A stretch of 64,000 nucleotides of DNA. Origin: Acidobacteriota bacterium. GTDB taxonomy: Bacteria; Acidobacteriota; UBA6911; RPQK01; JAJDTT01. Below, piece after piece: positions 27,046-37,281 of the stretch; within the stretch, counting starts at the first letter, position 1, and each line of letters starts with the position of its first letter. The notes beneath the pieces were generated by a model, which saw nothing but the letters and a program-made list of their open reading frames with translations, made no database searches and was not told the origin of the DNA. Both the position numbers and the translations under genes were made by a program. Location of the stretch: assembly GCA_965217775.1 (NCBI GenBank), contig CBDCJH010000002.1, positions 2,464,001 to 2,528,000 on the forward strand, in the 5' to 3' direction.

Positions 27046-27300
27046 TCACGGGTCCATGACCTCGAACCGGATGTCCAGGAGCCCGCTCGGATCCTGAGTG
27101 AGTTGCCGGATGATCCGCGCCAGGTTCAGCTCGGTGACCGGTTCCAGACCTCGCGCATCCAACCGGACATTGCAGTGGGGGCAATGATCGCTCGCCGGAA
27201 TGTGTTTCGGGAAGAGGATCTCTTCGTTGCAACTGAGGCAGATCAAGCGGATCGCTTGGATGTCATCCAAGCCGAACAGCTTTCGATTCTCCGACATCAT
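27046..27300 (-). CDS. Small Zn-ribbon hypothetical protein
   Basis: CLSC ... CPHC; 84 aa. Confidence 0.5.
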   Translation of the reverse strand: MMSENRKLFGLDDIQAIRLICLSCNEEILFPKHIPASDHCPHCNVRLDARGLEPVTELNLARIIRQLTQDPSGLLDIRFEVMDP

Positions 27301-27602
27301 CGTACTTCCAAATATTGATTCAGCGTCCGGCCGACTCATCCAACCTCGCCGGCCCAATTCAGCCGGCACTGCCAGAACAGCCAGCTTCATTCCTGCAGTT
27401 GGGTGTGGATCTGGTCGGTCGGTGATACCGGCGCCGAACTAATCTATGCGCCGCCGGCAACTTGCAGGAGGAGTGGCACCAGGAGGAACCCGTAACGGCC
27501 AGCTCCAGTGTAGGTCCCTGAATGTCTCGAAAGTCGATCTTGAAGATGACGTCGCCAACCGGAGACAAACGGGCACTTTTCCTGCCACCACTTTGGAGAG
27601 GA

Positions 27603-27724
27603 CGTCCTATGCTGGACTGAAACCGGATTCCGGGTCGAGTAGAATAAGACTCAGGCTGGCTCTTCCTCCAGCATAGGACGAGTTGGTTTAGAGCCAGCCG
27701 GGTGTTGCCGCATCCGGCTGGCTC
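27603..27724. other. Two strong inverted-repeat pairs, possible structured RNA or leader
   Basis: cgtcctatgctgga (27603-16) / tccagcataggacg (27667-80); gagccagccgg (27691-701) / ccggctggctc (27714-24). Confidence 0.55.
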
Positions 27725-28213
27725 GCGCACAGCCATCACCATACACTAGAAGCCCCTTTCGGACAAGGTCTGCCCCTCACTTTGCCTAATTGGAAATTAT
27801 CCTTTTGTTGTAGTAGTTTGGACTGTTCATTGTTTTCCATAAACCAGACCATTCAGAGGCTGGAATGTCCTCAACCTGCGTTCATCCCCGGCATACTGAG
27901 CATATGACAATAGTCATAATGCGCCTGTGATTAAGCGATTAAAGGTAAGAGATTTTCGGGCACCGGCGAGATAAGCCCGATCCACTTAAGACAATTTTCT
28001 TACAATCGTCTCGACAGTTTCGAAACCATCAAGACATCCGATACCGGCGTCTCGCGGGTGACTACGGTCAGCACGCCGTTGATCCGTTGCGCGGTGTCTC
28101 CGGCTCTCAGCGTAGCGGCGATGTAATGGGCGGCAAGTTTGACCTGGACGGCCATGAGTTCGGCGGACCTGCCCGTGTGGGTTTGTTCTGTGAGCGGCAT
28201 TGTGGGTCCGATC

Positions 28214-29938
28214 CTATCTCGGCTCGTCCCATTTTTCCCCGCTGCCTTCCCTGAGCGTGACGTAACGGCCGGTTTCGATGCCGGTCCACTCCTCCACCAG
28301 ACCACTCGGCCAGTGGGCCCGAACTCGGATCATGTCGGCGGAATCGTCCAATCCCACGAGGACTCGGGGATCGTTGGATGAGGCATAGCTGCCGTCGGTC
28401 CGGACGCGGCGCCAGAGCGTCGGCTTGCCCTCCCTGAACACACCGACCCAGGTTCCCAAGGCGTCCCGATTGCTTTCACGGCCGACAAATCGCAGCCCCA
28501 GCCACCGATTCTCCGTACCGACACGGTTGATCAGCAGCCGGGTGCGTCCGTTGTTGTTGAAGAGCAGCACGTCCGTGTCCCCGTCGTTGTCCACGTCGCC
28601 GAAGGCCGCGCCGCGGCTGACTTCCGAGAGCCGGAACACCGATCCCGCCTCACCGGTCACTTCCTGGAATCGCCCGTCGCCCAGGTTGCGAAAGAGCTGG
28701 TTCGGCTGATGCAGAGGATACGGATCGCCCCGTCTCGCCAGGACCTCGATGGTTCTGACCTCCCCATTGGCGGCGAACAAGTCCAGCCAGCCGTCGTTGT
28801 CGTAGTCGAAGAATCGCGTGCCGAAGGCGGTGAACGGGAGGCTGGAGACGGCCAGGTTGGCTTCCAATGAGGCGTCCTTGAAAAATCCGGTGCCGTCATT
28901 CGTGTAGAGGGTGTTCTTCTCGCTCTTGAGATGGGTCGTGAAGAGGTCTTCGTCGCCGTCGTTGTCGAAATCCGCCGCGTCCACTCCCATGCTGGACTCG
29001 GCCATCCCGTCCCGGTTGAAGGCGGCGCCGGCCAGCAGCGACTCGTTCACGAAGGTCCCGTCCTTCCGGTTGATCCAGAGATCGTTGGGTCTCTGGTCGT
29101 TGGCCACGTAGACGTCCGGCCATCCGTCGGAGTTCAGGTCGGCCGCCACCACGCCCAACGCTCCGTGGTATTCCCTCGAGATCTGGCTCCTGGCCGACAC
29201 GTCCTCGAAGCTTCCGTCCCGCCGGTTTCGATAAAGGCGATTGGGTACCGGCTCATAACCCATGGGGCCACAGTAGTCGACCGCTCCGCTGGGAGCGTGG
29301 CACAGCTTCTGGTTGGAGAACCTGAAATCGACGTAGTTGCCCAGGAAGAGGTCGAGCCAACCGTCCCGGTCGTAGTCCAGGAAAGCCGCACTCACCCCCC
29401 ATCTCCCGTCGCCGGTGCCGGTCCGCGCGGTGACGTCCATGAAGGTGCCGTCCCCCCGGTTCCGATACATCTGATTGGGACCGAAGTTCAAGACGTAGAG
29501 GTCGACCCAGCCGTCGTTGTCGAAGTCCGCGGCAGCCGCGCCCATCCCGTAGCCCAGCGCCCGAATCCCGCTGGAGGCGGTGACGTCGGTAAAGCGGACC
29601 CGGCGGGTTCCGTCCGGTTGCACGATCAGATCGTTGCGGTAGAGCCGGTCCATGGGAGCCGGCCCAGCCCGGGAAACGCCGGTGCCGCCTGACGGTTCGC
29701 CCTCCCCCAGCAGATGCCCCTGGACCACGTAGAGGTCCAGGTCGCCGTCGTTGTCGTAGTCGAACAGGGCGCCGCCTCCGCCCACCATCTCGCAGTAGTA
29801 GAACTTGCCCGACATCCCGTTGAAGTGGACGAAGTCGAGGCCCGCCTGGTCCGTTTCGTCGGAGAAAATGCCGTTTGTGTCGTCTTGGGACTGCGAGTAT
29901 CCGGTGAGAAATCCGGCGTGAATCAGCAGGATCAGCAA
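28214..29938 (-). CDS. CRTAC1/ASPIC-UnbV family FG-GAP/VCBS repeat protein (start uncertain)
   Basis: Many DYDNDGxxDL repeats, SRGAAFGDVDNDGD, NRDALG, GSYASSNDPR. Confidence 0.92.
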   Translation of the reverse strand: MLILLIHAGFLTGYSQSQDDTNGIFSDETDQAGLDFVHFNGMSGKFYYCEMVGGGGALFDYDNDGDLDLYVVQGHLLGEGEPSGGTGVSRAGPAPMDRLYRNDLIVQPDGTRRVRFTDVTASSGIRALGYGMGAAAADFDNDGWVDLYVLNFGPNQMYRNRGDGTFMDVTARTGTGDGRWGVSAAFLDYDRDGWLDLFLGNYVDFRFSNQKLCHAPSGAVDYCGPMGYEPVPNRLYRNRRDGSFEDVSARSQISREYHGALGVVAADLNSDGWPDVYVANDQRPNDLWINRKDGTFVNESLLAGAAFNRDGMAESSMGVDAADFDNDGDEDLFTTHLKSEKNTLYTNDGTGFFKDASLEANLAVSSLPFTAFGTRFFDYDNDGWLDLFAANGEVRTIEVLARRGDPYPLHQPNQLFRNLGDGRFQEVTGEAGSVFRLSEVSRGAAFGDVDNDGDTDVLLFNNNGRTRLLINRVGTENRWLGLRFVGRESNRDALGTWVGVFREGKPTLWRRVRTDGSYASSNDPRVLVGLDDSADMIRVRAHWPSGLVEEWTGIETGRYVTLREGSGEKWDEPR

Positions 29939-29967
29939 AACGAGCTGCAGAGTCGACCTCCGCGAAT

Positions 29968-30021
29968 TTGGCCTCAGGACTCCGCCTCGCCGGCGGATTC
30001 GATGGATTCCTTGAGGGTCTG
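29968..30021 (-). repeat. Direct repeat of the E2 gene 3' end (partner at 30680-30730)
   Basis: QTLKESIESAGEAES* versus QTLKESIESAAAES*; abuts the antitoxin stop codon. Confidence 0.88.
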
Positions 30022-30276
30022 CTATGTATCTTTTGCGCCAAGCTCCTCAGCGTATTGTTCTATCGGAGTCGCACCTTCCTCGCGTGAGCGGTCCTCAAGA
30101 AACTTCATGAACACATCGCTATTGCCAAGTTCGGTCGCTTCGCGCTCGAAGCCATCAGCCTCTTCCAAAACGAAGCTAGTGCCATCCTTCGAGATTAGCA
30201 AAACGACTTCACGGCGAGCGATGGCGAGGAGATCGTCCACCGAACGTGCTTTCTCATCTAGGTTTATGGTCTTCAT
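30022..30276 (-). CDS. Putative antitoxin
   Basis: 84 aa, acidic; ATGA overlap downstream of a RelE-like toxin. Confidence 0.7.
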   Translation of the reverse strand: MKTINLDEKARSVDDLLAIARREVVLLISKDGTSFVLEEADGFEREATELGNSDVFMKFLEDRSREEGATPIEQYAEELGAKDT

Positions 30277-30566
30277 AGATCAACCTTCCTTCCTCGGATG
30301 AATAGCACATTGTGTTGTTTGTTGCCCACCGCGACAACTTTTACCTTGTTATCTTCTTCAATCATATAGAAGACACGAAATCTATCAATACGTAGCTCCC
30401 AAGGAGAAATCGGATTCCGTCGTAAAGGTTTCTTTCTCCTTGTCCGGACCTCTGCATCCACTCCAAGGTGAGCCATTATTCCTGCGGCAATGAGGCGCTG
30501 GTCGTATACGTCACAATGGCCCAGGTCTTGCTTTGCACTTTCCGTCAACGAGATCCTATACTCCAT
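30273..30566 (-). CDS. RelE/ParE-family toxin
   Basis: YRISLTESAKQDL, RKKPLRRNP..WELRIDRFRVFY, VVAVGNK; low GC. Confidence 0.85.
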   Translation of the reverse strand: MEYRISLTESAKQDLGHCDVYDQRLIAAGIMAHLGVDAEVRTRRKKPLRRNPISPWELRIDRFRVFYMIEEDNKVKVVAVGNKQHNVLFIRGRKVDL

Positions 30567-30685
30567 TATCGGCTCGATTCAACGTCAGATCGTGAGTTAG
30601 TTCGACGGTGACGACATCACGTCGGACGGAGTGAGGCCTTGCTGCGCGATGTCGAGCACCGAGTTCCACATCGGTGACGTTGGCC

Positions 30686-31852
30686 TCAGGACTCCGCGGC
30701 GGCGGATTCGATGGACTCCTTGAGGGTCTGTAGGAACTGGGCCGCCACCGCGCCGTCCACGGCACGGTGATCGGCGTTCACGGTCACCTGCATCCTGGAA
30801 CGGACGGCGACCTGCCCGCCCACCACCACCGGCACGGAGCGGACGGTCCCTACCGAGAGGATCCCGACTTCGGGCGGATTCAGGATGGAGGTGAACTGCT
30901 CGATGCCGTACATGCCCAGGTTGGAGACCGAGAAGGTGCTTCCCTTCATCTCGTCAGGCTGGAGCCTCCGCTTTCGGGATCGATCGGCCAGATCCGCCAG
31001 TTCTGTCTGGATCCGTTCGATTCCCTTCTGCTCCACGTTCCGCAGAACCGGAACCACGAGCCCGTCTTCCAGAGAGACGGCGACCCCAAGATGAACCGCC
31101 CTGAACTCGCGGATCTCCTCCTCCACCAGATGGGCGTTCAGACGGGGATGCTTCAAGAGAGCATCGGCCACCGCTTTCAGCAGGCAGGGCGTGAGACGGC
31201 GGCGTGGGGTCGTCCGGGCCTGCAGGTCCGTGACGTCCAGCGAGAGGGAGAGAGAAATGTGGGGGGCGTTCCGGTAGCTGTCGCTGGTGCGACGGGCGAT
31301 GGAGCGCCGCGTTCCCTGGATGGGAATAACGCGATATTCCAATTCCGCAGCGGCGTCTCTTTTGGAAGCCGCCTCGTGCGCCTCAAGATCCCGGGGAAGG
31401 ATGGCGCCCTTGGGGCCGGATCCGGTGACGGTGGCCAGATCGATGCCCAACTTGCGGGCCATCTTCCTGGCTCGGGGGGACGCCCGTACCCTTCCCCGCC
31501 GGGAGCGAGTGCGGGTTCCGGTCTTTGTACCGCGTGCGCGGCGGGCGGCTGCGGGGCGAGTGGACGGTCGCTGCTTTCCGGGCGCACCGGCCGCCGGCGA
31601 GGGGGCTGCTTCACCTTCGCTCAGGAGCCACGCGATCCCCTGCCCCACCGGGATCTCGTCCCCCTCCCGGGCCATGACGTTGGACAGGACCCCGGATCCG
31701 GCGGCTTCGATCTCCATGACCGCCTTGTCGGTCTCGATCTCCATCAGCGGCTCGCCCCGGGCCACGAACTCCCCCTCGGACTTGAGCCAACGCACCAGGA
31801 CGCCCTGCTCCTGGGACATCTCCAGCGCAGGCATGATCACTTCAGTGGCCAC
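30686..31852 (-). CDS. Dihydrolipoamide acyltransferase (E2)
   Basis: Lipoyl EIETDKA, ASPRARKMA subunit-binding domain, FSVSNLG, DHRAVDG. Confidence 0.95.
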   Translation of the reverse strand: MATEVIMPALEMSQEQGVLVRWLKSEGEFVARGEPLMEIETDKAVMEIEAAGSGVLSNVMAREGDEIPVGQGIAWLLSEGEAAPSPAAGAPGKQRPSTRPAAARRARGTKTGTRTRSRRGRVRASPRARKMARKLGIDLATVTGSGPKGAILPRDLEAHEAASKRDAAAELEYRVIPIQGTRRSIARRTSDSYRNAPHISLSLSLDVTDLQARTTPRRRLTPCLLKAVADALLKHPRLNAHLVEEEIREFRAVHLGVAVSLEDGLVVPVLRNVEQKGIERIQTELADLADRSRKRRLQPDEMKGSTFSVSNLGMYGIEQFTSILNPPEVGILSVGTVRSVPVVVGGQVAVRSRMQVTVNADHRAVDGAVAAQFLQTLKESIESAAAES

Positions 31853-31920
31853 AAATCCTCTCCGAATTGGAATCGATGGAAAGTTCCCGGCAATGGCGAG
31901 GCCCGGTTGTAGACGACCGG

Positions 31921-32922
31921 TCAGTCTTCGAACATCCGGCGGGCGATCTCGACGATCTGCTCCTTGCGGGGAATGGTCAGGTCCTCCAGCGACGGCGAGA
32001 AAGGAACCGGAACGTCCATGGCGCCGAGCCGGCGAACCGGCGCCTCCAGGTCGTAGAACAGATTCTCGCCGACCAGAGCCGCAATCTCGGCTCCCGCCCC
32101 GTAGCGCTGGTAGCCCTCGTCGATCACCAGGCAGCGGGCCGTCTTTCGGACCGAGTTCAGCAGTGTCTCTTCGTCCAGCGGCGCCAGCGTGCGCGGGTCG
32201 ACGACCTCCGAGTCGATGCCCTCGCCCGCCAATTCCGAAGCCGCGTCCAGAGCCTGCCAGACCATGCTGGAGGTGGCGATCAGGGTCAGATCTTCCCCCT
32301 CCCGCTTCACGTCGGCGCGACCGAAGGGAATGGTGTACTCGTGGGAAGGATCGGGAACCGGACCCTTCCGGTAGATGTCCACCTTGTCCTGCAGGAAGAC
32401 CACTGGATTCTCGTCCCGGATGGCGGTCTTCATCAGGCCCTTCGCATCGTGGGGGCTCGACGGCAGCACCACCTTCAACCCGGGGATATGGGCGAACCAG
32501 GCTTGCAGGCTTTGAGAGTGCTGAGCCGCCAAACGGCGCCCGGCGCCCATGGAGGTGAGGAAGACCATGGGGACGCTGGTCATCCCGCCCGACATGTAAT
32601 ACGTCTTGGCCGCCTGGTTGACGATCTGATCCGAGGCGAGCGGCAGAAAGTCTCCGAACATGATCTCGACGATGGGCCGCAGACCGGTCATGGCCGCCCC
32701 CACGCCCAGGCCGGCGATTCCGGCTTCGGAGATGGGCGTATCCAGGACTCGTTCCGCCCCGAACCGGTCCAGGAGTCCTTCGGTCACCTTCCAGACCCCG
32801 CCGGCCGCCGCCACGTCCTCACCGAACAGGATCACCCGGTGGTCGCGATCCATCTCCTCCCGGATCGCCTCGTTGACGGCCTGGCTGAAGGTGAGTTGGC
32901 GAGTTTCAGTCTGCGAAGACAT
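31921..32922 (-). CDS. 2-oxoacid/acetoin dehydrogenase E1 beta subunit
   Basis: GEDV, RVLDTPISE, GLRPIVEIMF.DF, AAQHSQS, VVDPRTLAPLD. Confidence 0.95.
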   Translation of the reverse strand: MSSQTETRQLTFSQAVNEAIREEMDRDHRVILFGEDVAAAGGVWKVTEGLLDRFGAERVLDTPISEAGIAGLGVGAAMTGLRPIVEIMFGDFLPLASDQIVNQAAKTYYMSGGMTSVPMVFLTSMGAGRRLAAQHSQSLQAWFAHIPGLKVVLPSSPHDAKGLMKTAIRDENPVVFLQDKVDIYRKGPVPDPSHEYTIPFGRADVKREGEDLTLIATSSMVWQALDAASELAGEGIDSEVVDPRTLAPLDEETLLNSVRKTARCLVIDEGYQRYGAGAEIAALVGENLFYDLEAPVRRLGAMDVPVPFSPSLEDLTIPRKEQIVEIARRMFED

Positions 32923-33901
32923 GTCGGTCCACCTCTTCCGGATCCGGGAACGGCGCTTCCTGCGCCAATCGTGCGGCTTCCTCCACCTCGGCCCGGACCT
33001 CCTCTCCAACGGTATCCAGTTCCGGTTCGGTGTAGTGCCCGGCCTCCAGCAGTTGCCGCCTCAATCGCTCGACGGGGTCCCGCCGGCTCCGCCAATCGTC
33101 CTCTTCCTCCCGCGAGCGGTAGGGCCGGGTTCGATCCGACATGCCGTGACCCAGGTAGCGGTAGGTGTCGAAAACGAAGAAGCTGGGGCCACCACCCTCT
33201 CTTGCGCGCTGAACCGCCGCATACGTGGCGTCGTAGACGGCCAGGACGTCCATGCCGTCCACCTCTGCTGAGGGAATGTCGAAAGCTTCGCCGCGGAGCG
33301 TGAGACGGCCGGCCGTGACCTGCTCCGTGGGCGTGTACTCCCCGTAGTGATTGTTCTCGCAGGCGAAGATGGCGGGCAGATTCCAGATGGCGGCCAGGTT
33401 CATCGACTCCAGCAGGATGCCCTCGTTGAGGGCTCCGTCACCGAAGAAAGAGACGCCGACGCCCCGGTTCCGGAGCACCTTGGCCGAGAGGGCCGCGCCG
33501 GTCGCCAGCGGAATGCCGCCGCCGATGATGGCGTTGGCTCCCAGGTGGCCCGTCTCCCGGTCGGCGATGTGCATGGACCCGCCCTTGCCGCGGCAGTATC
33601 CGTTCGCCTTACCCAGCAATTCGCCGAACATGGGCACCAGATCGGCTCCTTTGGCGTAACAGTGGCCGTGCCCGCGATGCGTGCTGGTGATGTAGTCGTT
33701 GTGGTTCAAGTGGGCGCAGACGCCGACGGCCACCGCCTCCTGTCCGATGGAGAGATGGGTGATGCCCGGCATCTCGGCCCGTTCGTAGAATTCCCCCACC
33801 CGGTATTCGAACGCCCGAATCGTGAGCATCTGGCGCAGGAGGTCGAGCCGGGCGGTGGCATCGAGGCCTTGGGAGGGGGTCGTTTCAGTTGTCAACGCCA
33901 T
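32906..33901 (-). CDS. 2-oxoacid/acetoin dehydrogenase E1 alpha subunit
   Basis: HLSIGQEA, STHRGHGH, GKGGSMH, FGDGA..N TPP motif, TYRYLGH. Confidence 0.95.
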   Translation of the reverse strand: MALTTETTPSQGLDATARLDLLRQMLTIRAFEYRVGEFYERAEMPGITHLSIGQEAVAVGVCAHLNHNDYITSTHRGHGHCYAKGADLVPMFGELLGKANGYCRGKGGSMHIADRETGHLGANAIIGGGIPLATGAALSAKVLRNRGVGVSFFGDGALNEGILLESMNLAAIWNLPAIFACENNHYGEYTPTEQVTAGRLTLRGEAFDIPSAEVDGMDVLAVYDATYAAVQRAREGGGPSFFVFDTYRYLGHGMSDRTRPYRSREEEDDWRSRRDPVERLRRQLLEAGHYTEPELDTVGEEVRAEVEEAARLAQEAPFPDPEEVDRHVFAD

Positions 33902-34036
33902 GAGCGCCTCTGGTGTTGGATGGGATTCGCTCCGAGCCGTCATCACGCCGGCGACCGCCCGCTGGAAACCCGGCGAGACTAACAGGAAACCTGGATAAAG
34001 TCGATTCTGCCACGCCGCGGCATTTGCCCAGATCCT

Positions 34037-34366
34037 TCAACCTACGAACTGAAGCTTCACGCCACAGGCGGACGCGATCTTGGTCACCGTGCCCGGCCGA
34101 GGATCCCTCCTGCCCGACAGGCTGCGTGAGAGGCCCACACGGTCGATATCGGCTCGACGTGCGATCTCGGAGACGCCCCCCTGCGCCGCCACCACGTTAC
34201 GGAAGGCTTTCATCAACAATCGAGGATCGCCGTCGAACTCCTCGATCGCAGCGTTCAGATACGCGGCGATGTCTTCCGGTGTCTGAAGGTATCGGTCAGC
34301 TCTGTGCTCTTTCAGGGGCATGTAGTCCGTTCCGTCTTCCGCCACGTAGTGGACGACCCTGATCAT
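34037..34366 (-). CDS. Addiction-module antidote (HigA-like HTH), orphan
   Basis: DRYLQTPEDIAAYLNAAIE, AFRNVVAAQGGVSEIAR, LS...DPR..TV.KI..ACGVKL. Confidence 0.82.
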   Translation of the reverse strand: MIRVVHYVAEDGTDYMPLKEHRADRYLQTPEDIAAYLNAAIEEFDGDPRLLMKAFRNVVAAQGGVSEIARRADIDRVGLSRSLSGRRDPRPGTVTKIASACGVKLQFVG

Positions 34367-34644
34367 GCCAATATTGTAGCCAATTGACTACAGACCTTGA
34401 CGGGAATAATCCAGCCAGGGATCTGCCGGGAACTGACGGTTGGGGAAGCTCCTCTTTCCTCCTTTCTCATCTACATCTCTCTCTAACTTGTTTATTTTCA
34501 AGTAGCGGAAGTGTTCAGGCTATCCTACCCACGGACCACCGGCGTGCGACGGCAAGAAAGCCGCCGCCATCAGCAAGTCCTGCCTGGACTTGGTAGACTG
34601 TTGCTGCTGTAGACAGACCTATTTCCGGCGCCGGAATCGAATCC

Positions 34645-37266
34645 ATGATCAACCGGCTTTATGCTTTCCTGGCCATCGTGTTCTGGTCGCTGCCATTCCT
34701 GACCGGTAGTACTATCGCTACGGAATCGGACGGATCGGTGGTGGGGGCCGCTCTTGAGATTCTGGAGCGGGACTGCCTTGCCTGCCATGGCGTGGCGCGC
34801 CAGGGGGGACTTGATCTGAGCGGGAGGCAAACTCTGCTGGAAGGCGGCCAGCGGGGTCCGGCGGCGATTCCCGGAGACGCCGGCTCAAGCCTGCTGTTTC
34901 TGGCCGCATCCCATGACGGCGAACTGAAAATGCCCCCGGGCGGCTCTCCGCTGACGGCGGCGGATCTGGAGGTCTTGCGCCGCTGGATCGACGCCGGCCT
35001 TCCTTGGACCGGCGTCCGGGAAGACGGCCCCTCCCCACCCTCCTGGTGGTCGTTCCGGAAGCTCCGGCGGCCACCCGTTCCAGAGACGGAAGCGGACGGC
35101 TGGGTCCGGAACCCCATCGATGCATTCGTGCTGGCCCGGCTTCAGAAAAAGGGCTTGAAACCGGCGCCCGAGGCCGACCGGCGAACCCTGATCCGAAGGG
35201 CCTACTTCGATCTCATCGGACTTCCGCCGACGCCGGAGCAGGTGGACCGGCACCTGGAAGACGACTCGCCCGAGGCCTACGGCAAGATGGTGGGCGAGCT
35301 GCTGGAATCGCCACGCTACGGCGAGCGCTGGGCCCGGCACTGGCTGGACGTGGTCCGCTATGCCGACAGCAGCGGATACGAGTCGGACCACTACTACCCC
35401 AACGCCTGGCGGTATCGGGACTACGTCATCAAGTCGTTCAACGAGGACAAGCCCTACGACCGTTTCCTGCAGGAGCAGGTCGCAGGCGACGAGCTCTGGC
35501 CCCAACGATTCGAGCTCCTGGGGAGCCGGACCATTCCCCTGAAGAAGAACGAATACCTGGAAGCACGGGTCGGAACCGGCCTCTACACATTCGGGCCCGA
35601 GGTGCTGGAGTCGATGCAGGACGCCCAGCAGTTGCGCGCCGAGGAACTGACCGATTGGGCGGACACCACCGGCGCCGCTTTTCTGGGGCTCACTCTGGGC
35701 TGCGCCCGCTGTCACGATCACAAAGCAGACCCCATCAGCCAGAGGGACTACTACGCCTTCCAGGCCCTGTTCGCCAACAGCCACAAGGTCGACGTCCCCA
35801 TCATGAGTCCCATTCAGGCGGTCTCGCGGAACATCGACTACCCCGCCGTCATCGCGGTCGACGAAAGGCGTTCCGCTTACCGCCGATTCGAGAAACGGGT
35901 CAAAAAGAGGATCGAACAGGAGAAGAAGGCGCAATTTCCACCGGAAGTGGTGGAAGCCTACGAGACGGACAAGGATCGGCGGACCCCGGAGCAGGAAGAA
36001 TTGGCCAAACCCCTGATGGAGGCGGTCCGTGCCGTCAAATTCGAGGAGGCTCTGACCGAGCCGGAGCAGGACGAACACCAAAAATTGCTTTTCGGGCTGG
36101 CCCGGGCCGTACTCAAGGTCTCCGAGATCGAGGGCTCCAATCTGGTCCGGTTCGAAGGACTGCTTGAGTTACCGACCGCTTCAGTGCTGGATCATTACGA
36201 TCGGGAGGCTTCCGCACCCGTTCACGTCTTGAGTCGAGGCGAGTTCAGACGCAAGGAGGAACGGGTCGGACCCGGCTTGCCGGCGGTGCTGAGCCGGGAG
36301 ACCGATCCCCATGGCGTCTTCTCGGGATCAATGGGGAACCGCCCCCGCAAGCAGTTGGCGCTCTGGCTGAGCCGTCCGGACCACCCTCTCACCGCTCGGG
36401 TCATGGTGAACCGGCTCTGGCAATGGCATTTCGGACTAGGACTGGTGAGAACTCCCAACGACTACGGCCGCCAGGGAGAGACGCCCAGCCATCCGCAACT
36501 CCTGGATTGGCTGGCCGTCGAGTTCACGGCCCGGAACTGGAGCCTCAAGGCGATGCACTGGCTGATCCTGAACTCCAGCACCTACCGCATGTCCAGCTTG
36601 CACGGCGACCCGGCCGCTTACTCGCTGGATCCCGAAAACCGTCTCCTCTGGAGGATGAACCGGCGGCGGTTGGAAGCGGAAATCCTCTGGGACGCCACAC
36701 TTGCGGTGGCCGGCACCCTGAATCTCGGGGTGTACGGCCGTCCGGCGGCGCCGCCACTGGGAGCTGAAGAGATGGAAAGCCTGGGAGGTCCCAAAGGTTG
36801 GCTGACCGTCGCGGACCCCCTCTCCCAATTCCGCCGGGGCGTCTATATCCTCAGCCGCCGCAATCTCCGGTTTCCCATGTTCGACGTCTTCGACAGCCCC
36901 CAGAACGCCGTGAGTTGCCCCCGCCGTGACGTCACCACGGTGGCGCCGCAGGCCCTCTGGTTCCTCAACAACCGGATGGCGTTCCGGCAGGCAGTGGCCT
37001 TTGCGTCCCGACTGGTGGAGAGCGAGGGGGACGACCCGGGAGCCTGGGTGGAGAAGGCGTGGCGGCTTGCCCTGAGCCGGGCGCCGTCCGCCACGGAGAA
37101 GAAGGAAGCCCTGGAACTGCTGTCGGCCCGAGCCCGCGAGGTGAAGGTAGAGAAATGGTTCGAGCTTCCGGCCCAGCTCGAGAAGATTCCACGGCGGCGG
37201 GCCGCAGCCTTGACCCAGTTCTGCCTGGGACTGTTTAATGTCAACGAGTTCAGCCATATTGATTGA
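34645..37266 (+). CDS. Planctomycete cytochrome c / DUF1549 / DUF1553 (PSD1) protein
   Basis: CLACH, NPIDAFV, YGERWARHWLDVVRYADS, CARCHDHK, PLTARVMVNRLWQWHFG, PSHPQLLDWLA. Confidence 0.93.
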   Translation: MINRLYAFLAIVFWSLPFLTGSTIATESDGSVVGAALEILERDCLACHGVARQGGLDLSGRQTLLEGGQRGPAAIPGDAGSSLLFLAASHDGELKMPPGGSPLTAADLEVLRRWIDAGLPWTGVREDGPSPPSWWSFRKLRRPPVPETEADGWVRNPIDAFVLARLQKKGLKPAPEADRRTLIRRAYFDLIGLPPTPEQVDRHLEDDSPEAYGKMVGELLESPRYGERWARHWLDVVRYADSSGYESDHYYPNAWRYRDYVIKSFNEDKPYDRFLQEQVAGDELWPQRFELLGSRTIPLKKNEYLEARVGTGLYTFGPEVLESMQDAQQLRAEELTDWADTTGAAFLGLTLGCARCHDHKADPISQRDYYAFQALFANSHKVDVPIMSPIQAVSRNIDYPAVIAVDERRSAYRRFEKRVKKRIEQEKKAQFPPEVVEAYETDKDRRTPEQEELAKPLMEAVRAVKFEEALTEPEQDEHQKLLFGLARAVLKVSEIEGSNLVRFEGLLELPTASVLDHYDREASAPVHVLSRGEFRRKEERVGPGLPAVLSRETDPHGVFSGSMGNRPRKQLALWLSRPDHPLTARVMVNRLWQWHFGLGLVRTPNDYGRQGETPSHPQLLDWLAVEFTARNWSLKAMHWLILNSSTYRMSSLHGDPAAYSLDPENRLLWRMNRRRLEAEILWDATLAVAGTLNLGVYGRPAAPPLGAEEMESLGGPKGWLTVADPLSQFRRGVYILSRRNLRFPMFDVFDSPQNAVSCPRRDVTTVAPQALWFLNNRMAFRQAVAFASRLVESEGDDPGAWVEKAWRLALSRAPSATEKKEALELLSARAREVKVEKWFELPAQLEKIPRRRAAALTQFCLGLFNVNEFSHID

Positions 37267-37281
37267 GAAGCGGTTTATTCC

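Noticed and set aside
13740-27318. Recurrent short ORFs containing ARGKSRHGIRPSLHPGG or SPWQKSSRHSTVP as a gene family
   Set aside because: They are translations of MITE copies; only the two embedded in real genes are treated as coding
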